54,293 nt of DNA from an uncultured Deinococcaceae bacterium (GTDB lineage: Bacteria > Deinococcota > Deinococci > Deinococcales > Deinococcaceae), in the NCBI GenBank assembly GCA_964252075.1, contig CAXULY010000037.1, positions 1 through 54,293 of the forward strand, given 5' to 3'. Both the position numbers and the translations under genes were made by a program. The notes under the pieces were generated by a model. That model was not told the DNA's origin. It saw only the letters and a program-made list of their open reading frames with translations, and did not search any database. Positions 50,061 to 54,293 of the stretch are shown in pieces (position 1 is the stretch's first letter; each line of letters starts with the position of its first letter).

Positions 50061-50468
50061 TCATGGACGGACCCTGCGGATCTCGACGTGCACGTGGGGA
50101 TGCCCGATGCGCTGCACGACCTGCAGGCCCTGCACGTTGCCGGTCAGGCCGTACTCGCCGTCCTGGTCGTCGTGCAGGATGTCCTGGCCGTGCGGGTTGG
50201 TGGTGCGGTGCAGGCGCCGCATCACGTCGATGCGGGCCTTAACCGCGCTGTACTTGTTGTCGGTGTCGAAGGGATTCGGGAGCGTGATGACCACCTCCAG
50301 GCGGTGGTGCTCGATGGGCGGTCTGGGGCGCAGGTGGCGCGGCACCGCGACCGCGACGGCCTGACACACCTGCGCGCGGTGCCGCTGGTACTGGTGGGGG
50401 TTCATGCGGATCAGGTCGTTCGCGCCGATCAGCGTGAGGCCCATCAGGTCAACGATCAGTCGGCGCAC
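50061..50468 (-). CDS. RusA-like Holliday junction resolvase
   Basis: DTDN...K...D...ILHDD motif. Confidence 0.6.
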   Translation of the reverse strand: MRRLIVDLMGLTLIGANDLIRMNPHQYQRHRAQVCQAVAVAVPRHLRPRPPIEHHRLEVVITLPNPFDTDNKYSAVKARIDVMRRLHRTTNPHGQDILHDDQDGEYGLTGNVQGLQVVQRIGHPHVHVEIRRVRP

Positions 50469-51487
50469 GGCGCCCCAGGCTCGGAGCTTGGTTCATGGCC
50501 CGATCGTTCGCGGTGGCCGCCATCTGGAGCGCCCTCAACACGAGCATCACGGTCAAGGCCGTGCGGCGCTCGGCGTTGGCCGACCGTGGCTTCACCTGGC
50601 CGGGTCCTGCGGGGCACGGGGGCGAGCGGGCGCTCACCCCGCCTCCATGGCGCTCCGTGCGTTGGCTCCGACGGCCGCCCCTGGCCTCTGATGACCTCGA
50701 CGTGAGGCCGGAGGTGCGCGTCCACGGCCCTCTCTCCTCCCCCATCGCGGGCCTGCGTGTTCCGCACACCCCGCCCACCGACCTGTTTGCCCGGTGGGCG
50801 GGGTGTGCGGCCGCGTGTTTCCATTCGACCGTGAGGATGCCGGCTCAGCCTGCTTCGGCCCAGCGGCCCGATCCGGCGGATGATCCAAGGGGGCCTGTGT
50901 GCGCCATGGCGTCGCGGCGGTTCGGGGGAGGTGCTGATGCACCTGCGCCGCTCGATGAGGGAGCGGCGCGCCAGCTGCTCCACTCCGGTTGAGGCTTGCC
51001 CTCACCGCGCAGCACGAACCGCTCGGGAGACCGCGCGCCGTCCTTCGCGAAGCGCACCGCCACACCCCGTGCTCCGTGGCCCCTGCCACGCGCCCTCCAC
51101 CTGCAGTTTTCGCCACCAAGAGCAGCGTCCGGTCGTGCATGTTCACGTCAGGCGACCTGAATGAGGGGCGGCGGTGTGAAGCGCGACCGTGCGCCCGCTC
51201 CGGCGCGCGTGTCGGGAACGTGATCGCGCTGCAGCCTGATCCGGTCCTCGCCCCAACTCCCGGTGGCACCGTGCTGCGCACCGCGGTCGGGGACGCCCCA
51301 AGGGGTCTGCACGTGGGCAGCCAGGTGCAGCCTCACCGCTCCGGTCGGGGTGCGGACGGTTTGTCGCTGTTGCACCTGCCCACCGAGGATGGGCCGTTCC
51401 GGGTGCGGGAAACGGGCAATGAGGACGCCGCCGTCCGTCTGGATCAGCGGCTGGACGAACAGGAGGAGGCCCTCACGCCTCTCCCGT

Positions 51488-51868
51488 TCATTCCTCGGCG
51501 AGCTCCTGGCAGAGCCGCGCGACGTACTCCGGATCGCGCAGTTTGGCGAGCATGTGCTCCAGCACATGGTGGTGCCGGATGTTCCACCCCTGCCCCTGCA
51601 GGCGGTTCACCAGCATGTCCAGGTCACGGCGCAGGTCCGGCCGCACCCGCACGTTCAGGTTCTCCCGCGTCACGCGCTGAAAGGCCCGCGGCGCCTCCGC
51701 GGCCAGCTCCTCGGGCGGCTCGGTGACGGGCGCGCGCCGTTCCTGCCGGGCGGGCCGCTCGCGCACCTGGCGTTCTTTGGACTCCGCCTTGCGCGCTTCC
51801 GGCTCCGCGTCCGCGACGCCCGCGTTCAGCATGCTCGCGAAGGCGCTGCCGGGCTTCGGGCCGGTCAC
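51488..51868 (-). CDS. ParG-like centromere-binding protein
   Basis: coupled to parA; RHH-like LNVRVRPDLRRDL. Confidence 0.75.
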   Translation of the reverse strand: MTGPKPGSAFASMLNAGVADAEPEARKAESKERQVRERPARQERRAPVTEPPEELAAEAPRAFQRVTRENLNVRVRPDLRRDLDMLVNRLQGQGWNIRHHHVLEHMLAKLRDPEYVARLCQELAEE

Positions 51869-52494
51869 GCGCGCACCGGGGTGCCCAGCAGCGCCTTGAT
51901 TTCATTGAAGAGCTTCTCGTAATGCCACCACTTCACGTTCGGGCGCATGCCCTTGCCGGTGCTGTACAGCACCAAGTCCGGGATCTCGGTGGTCGCCACA
52001 GGCAGCCCGAATTCCTCGATGGCCTGGCGCGTCTGGCGCGTCACGGCGGGCGCGCGGCCCGCATGGTTGATGACCACCAGGTACCGCAGGCTGGGGTTGG
52101 CGCGCAGTGGGAGGCGCAGCAGTGCGGCGGTCTGCGCGAGCTGCGCGAGGTCCCCCGTGCCGTTGTGTACGGGCATAAGGACCACGTCCGCCTCCCCCAT
52201 CGCGCTGGTGATGGGCTGCTCGAGCACGGCGGGCGTGTCGATCACCACCCACCGCACGTCGCCCGCGGCGCGCAGTTCATCGATGGTGGCGCCGAGGCGG
52301 TCGTGGCGGAGGCGACGAATCTCGAAGAGGTTCTCGAGGCCAGCGGCGTGGTGCCACTGGGTGGCGCTGGCGCTCTCATCGTCCAGGTCGAGGAGGACGG
52401 TGCGGCCCTCGCGGGCGCCGAGCGCGGCGAGGGGGACGGCCGTGCTGGTCTTGCCTGCGCCCCCTTTGCGGTTGGTCAGTGCGATCACCTGCAT
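51865..52494 (-). CDS. parA: short ParA ATPase
   Basis: KGGAGKTS, LLDLD, VIDTP; TAACGT -10 box. Confidence 0.92.
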   Translation of the reverse strand: MQVIALTNRKGGAGKTSTAVPLAALGAREGRTVLLDLDDESASATQWHHAAGLENLFEIRRLRHDRLGATIDELRAAGDVRWVVIDTPAVLEQPITSAMGEADVVLMPVHNGTGDLAQLAQTAALLRLPLRANPSLRYLVVINHAGRAPAVTRQTRQAIEEFGLPVATTEIPDLVLYSTGKGMRPNVKWWHYEKLFNEIKALLGTPVRA

Positions 52495-52504
52495 GGCGGC
52501 ACGT

Positions 52505-52660
52505 TAACACGCCTGCTGTCACGCAGTCATGAATGTGAGCACGCTTGCAAGCGCGAGCGCAATCATGTTTGTTGTGATGCAAGTTTGAGTTTGTGCGTGT
52601 TCGCAAGCGTGTATACAATCGCGTAAGCGTATACGTATACGTGCAGGCCTGCATGTGCGC
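52505..52660. repeat. centromere-like degenerate repeat tract
   Basis: GCTTGCAAGC, GCAAG, GTATAC and CATG repeats upstream of parA. Confidence 0.55.
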
Positions 52661-53410
52661 CGTGTTGAAGTCAGGGGAAATAATCATCCAGCTGGGCGGG
52701 CAGGAGGACCCACACCTGTGGCTGGTCATCCAGTGCCAGGAGCACCACCACCGGATGATGCTGACGGTCGAGCACCTGTACGACGCGCGCCTGCACCTGC
52801 CGCGAAACGGGGAACGAGCGGCCCAACGTGTGCGGCCGCGCCCAGCAGATCCATGGCCGCATGTGGACCGTGCGGGGTCGGCGCTTCGGGCCGGACCTCC
52901 TGCAGGTGTTCGGCAGGGAAGGGGAAACCCACGAAGTGCACCCCACAGATCTGCCCGGCTTCATCCGGAGGCGTCAGGGGTGCGTCGAAGCCTTACGTGG
53001 TCGCTGTTGCCGCGAGTTCGAGCGGGACCTGCGCGCGATGGAAGCCACCGCACGACGTCACGGGTCCCAGCGCTTGCTGCTGCGCGCCCTCGCCACCGGA
53101 GCGGACCACGCCCACCTGATGTGGCGCGCCCTGCGCCCTGAGCTGATTGCCACGCGCCTCATCGTGAGGCACGTGCACCTCCTCCCTGCAGGTCAGCACG
53201 AGCCGTTCACCCCGCCGCCCGCGACCAAGCGCCCGCTCCACCCACGTCCGCCTCCCGGCCAGGAGCTGCACGACCTGGAAGCGGCGCGCGGCGCGGCGCA
53301 TGGCTGAGGAGCTCGACGCGCTCCTGAACGAACGCCAGCACGACGCCCTCTTGGACGCGGTGTTCGCGGCGGACGCGTCAATGGGCACGGGTCCACGCGG
53401 GGCTGCATGA
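52653..53410 (+). pseudogene. decayed second copy of small ORF-SRAP-orfY, with SRAP fused to orfY by deletion
   Basis: MCGR at 52828 joins EFERD... at about 53010; later frameshift. Confidence 0.75.
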
Positions 53411-53708
53411 CCGACAGCAAGGCTGGGCGCTCGACGGTTGTGAGCAGCGGGCCGTCCGGCGGCGCCAGTGGGGCGGGCTGCGAGTACGTGGTGAGGTCGA
53501 AGGGCAGGGCGAACAGCAGCAGGCGTCTGCGCATGATGCACCCCCAAACGACACCGCCCAGTGCGGTGCGGGCGCTGGGCGGGTGGAAGGAAAAACCCCG
53601 ACGCGGAGTTCGGGGGGGCAGCAGAAGGGGGCCGGGCTTCAACGTGGCCCCTTCTGCGTGTGCACCCGTTACGCCCCGCACGGCGGGTGGGTGCGTTGAT
53701 GCGGGTGT

Positions 53709-54293
53709 TCAGTTGGTCACGGTGGCGCACGTGGCGAACACCTTGTAGAACTGGGTGGTGGTCGCACGGTTGCCCACAATGGCCTTCCAGCCCGTTGGTG
53801 TCCGGAAGGTGCCCTGGATGAACAGGTCAGTGAGGTTACCGTTGATGGGTTCCATACCACCACCCACGGCGGTGGTTCCGCGTGGGCAGTCCGCGCTCGC
53901 GGTGCTGGAGGCGGCCGTGATGCCGGCGTTGCCGAACGCTGCCGTGTTTGCGCTGTAGACCGTCTGGAAGCCGCTGATGCCAGCGGCGCCCGTCGGCCCG
54001 ATCGGCCCAGCCACGCCCTGTGGGCCCTGAGGTCCTTGCGGTCCCTGTGGGCCGGAGGCCCCGATCGGCCCTGGGACCGTGCTGGCCGCGCCGGTCGGAC
54101 CCGCCGGCCCTTGCACTCCCATGGGTCCAATGGGACCCTGTGGTCCGGCCGCGCCCTGTGCCCCAGCCTCGCCCGTTGGGCCCGCCGGTCCTGGCACGCC
54201 CGTGGGTCCAACGGGGCCAGCAGGACCGGCGGGGCCAATGGCGCCCACCTCGCCTTGCGGGCCTGTAGGTCCGGTCGGGCCGATGGGGCCTTG
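53709..54293 (-). CDS. collagen-like protein, 5' end outside the window
   Basis: continuous Gly-X-Y repeats plus C-terminal domain A.CP.GT.AVGGG...W...VFATC. Confidence 0.9.
   Translation of the reverse strand, partial: QGPIGPTGPTGPQGEVGAIGPAGPAGPVGPTGVPGPAGPTGEAGAQGAAGPQGPIGPMGVQGPAGPTGAASTVPGPIGASGPQGPQGPQGPQGVAGPIGPTGAAGISGFQTVYSANTAAFGNAGITAASSTASADCPRGTTAVGGGMEPINGNLTDLFIQGTFRTPTGWKAIVGNRATTTQFYKVFATCATVTN

Noticed and set aside
50470..51190. Several overlapping short ORFs
   Set aside because: No consistent frame or motif; probably decayed phage sequence
53990..54293. Repeat array or CRISPR
   Set aside because: The periodicity is Gly-X-Y codons; no repeat-spacer array or cas genes were seen anywhere in the window

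Overview
High-GC accessory DNA that looks like Deinococcus. Evidence: many leaderless genes with a TANNNT box 5-7 nt before the start codon, and PAS/GAF/HD-GYP and BTAD-NB-ARC gene types. It is probably a plasmid or decayed plasmid-prophage region, and it carries many pseudogenes. The left part is a signalling and redox island. It holds a histidine kinase with a plant ETR1-type ethylene-binding domain, divergent from a PAS/GAF/HD-GYP phosphodiesterase that is coupled to a broken RsbQ/KAI2-like hydrolase. It also holds an operon of three alpha/beta-hydrolases, HTHP and AhpD, and two paralogous STAND regulators. The middle part has a fatty-acid desaturase fused in frame to a hemolysin-III/PAQR domain, a PRC-barrel repeat protein, a Gln-like tRNA with an amber (CTA) anticodon beside a TROVE/Ro60 remnant, and TetR/MerR units with visible operators. 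The right part has two related but mosaic parA-parG-SRAP cassettes with centromere-like repeats, an orphan HigA, BrnTA, an IS5 remnant, a large lipoprotein, a second tRNA-like element, RusA-like phage genes and a collagen-like protein running off the end. All calls come from motif recognition by eye; no searches were run.
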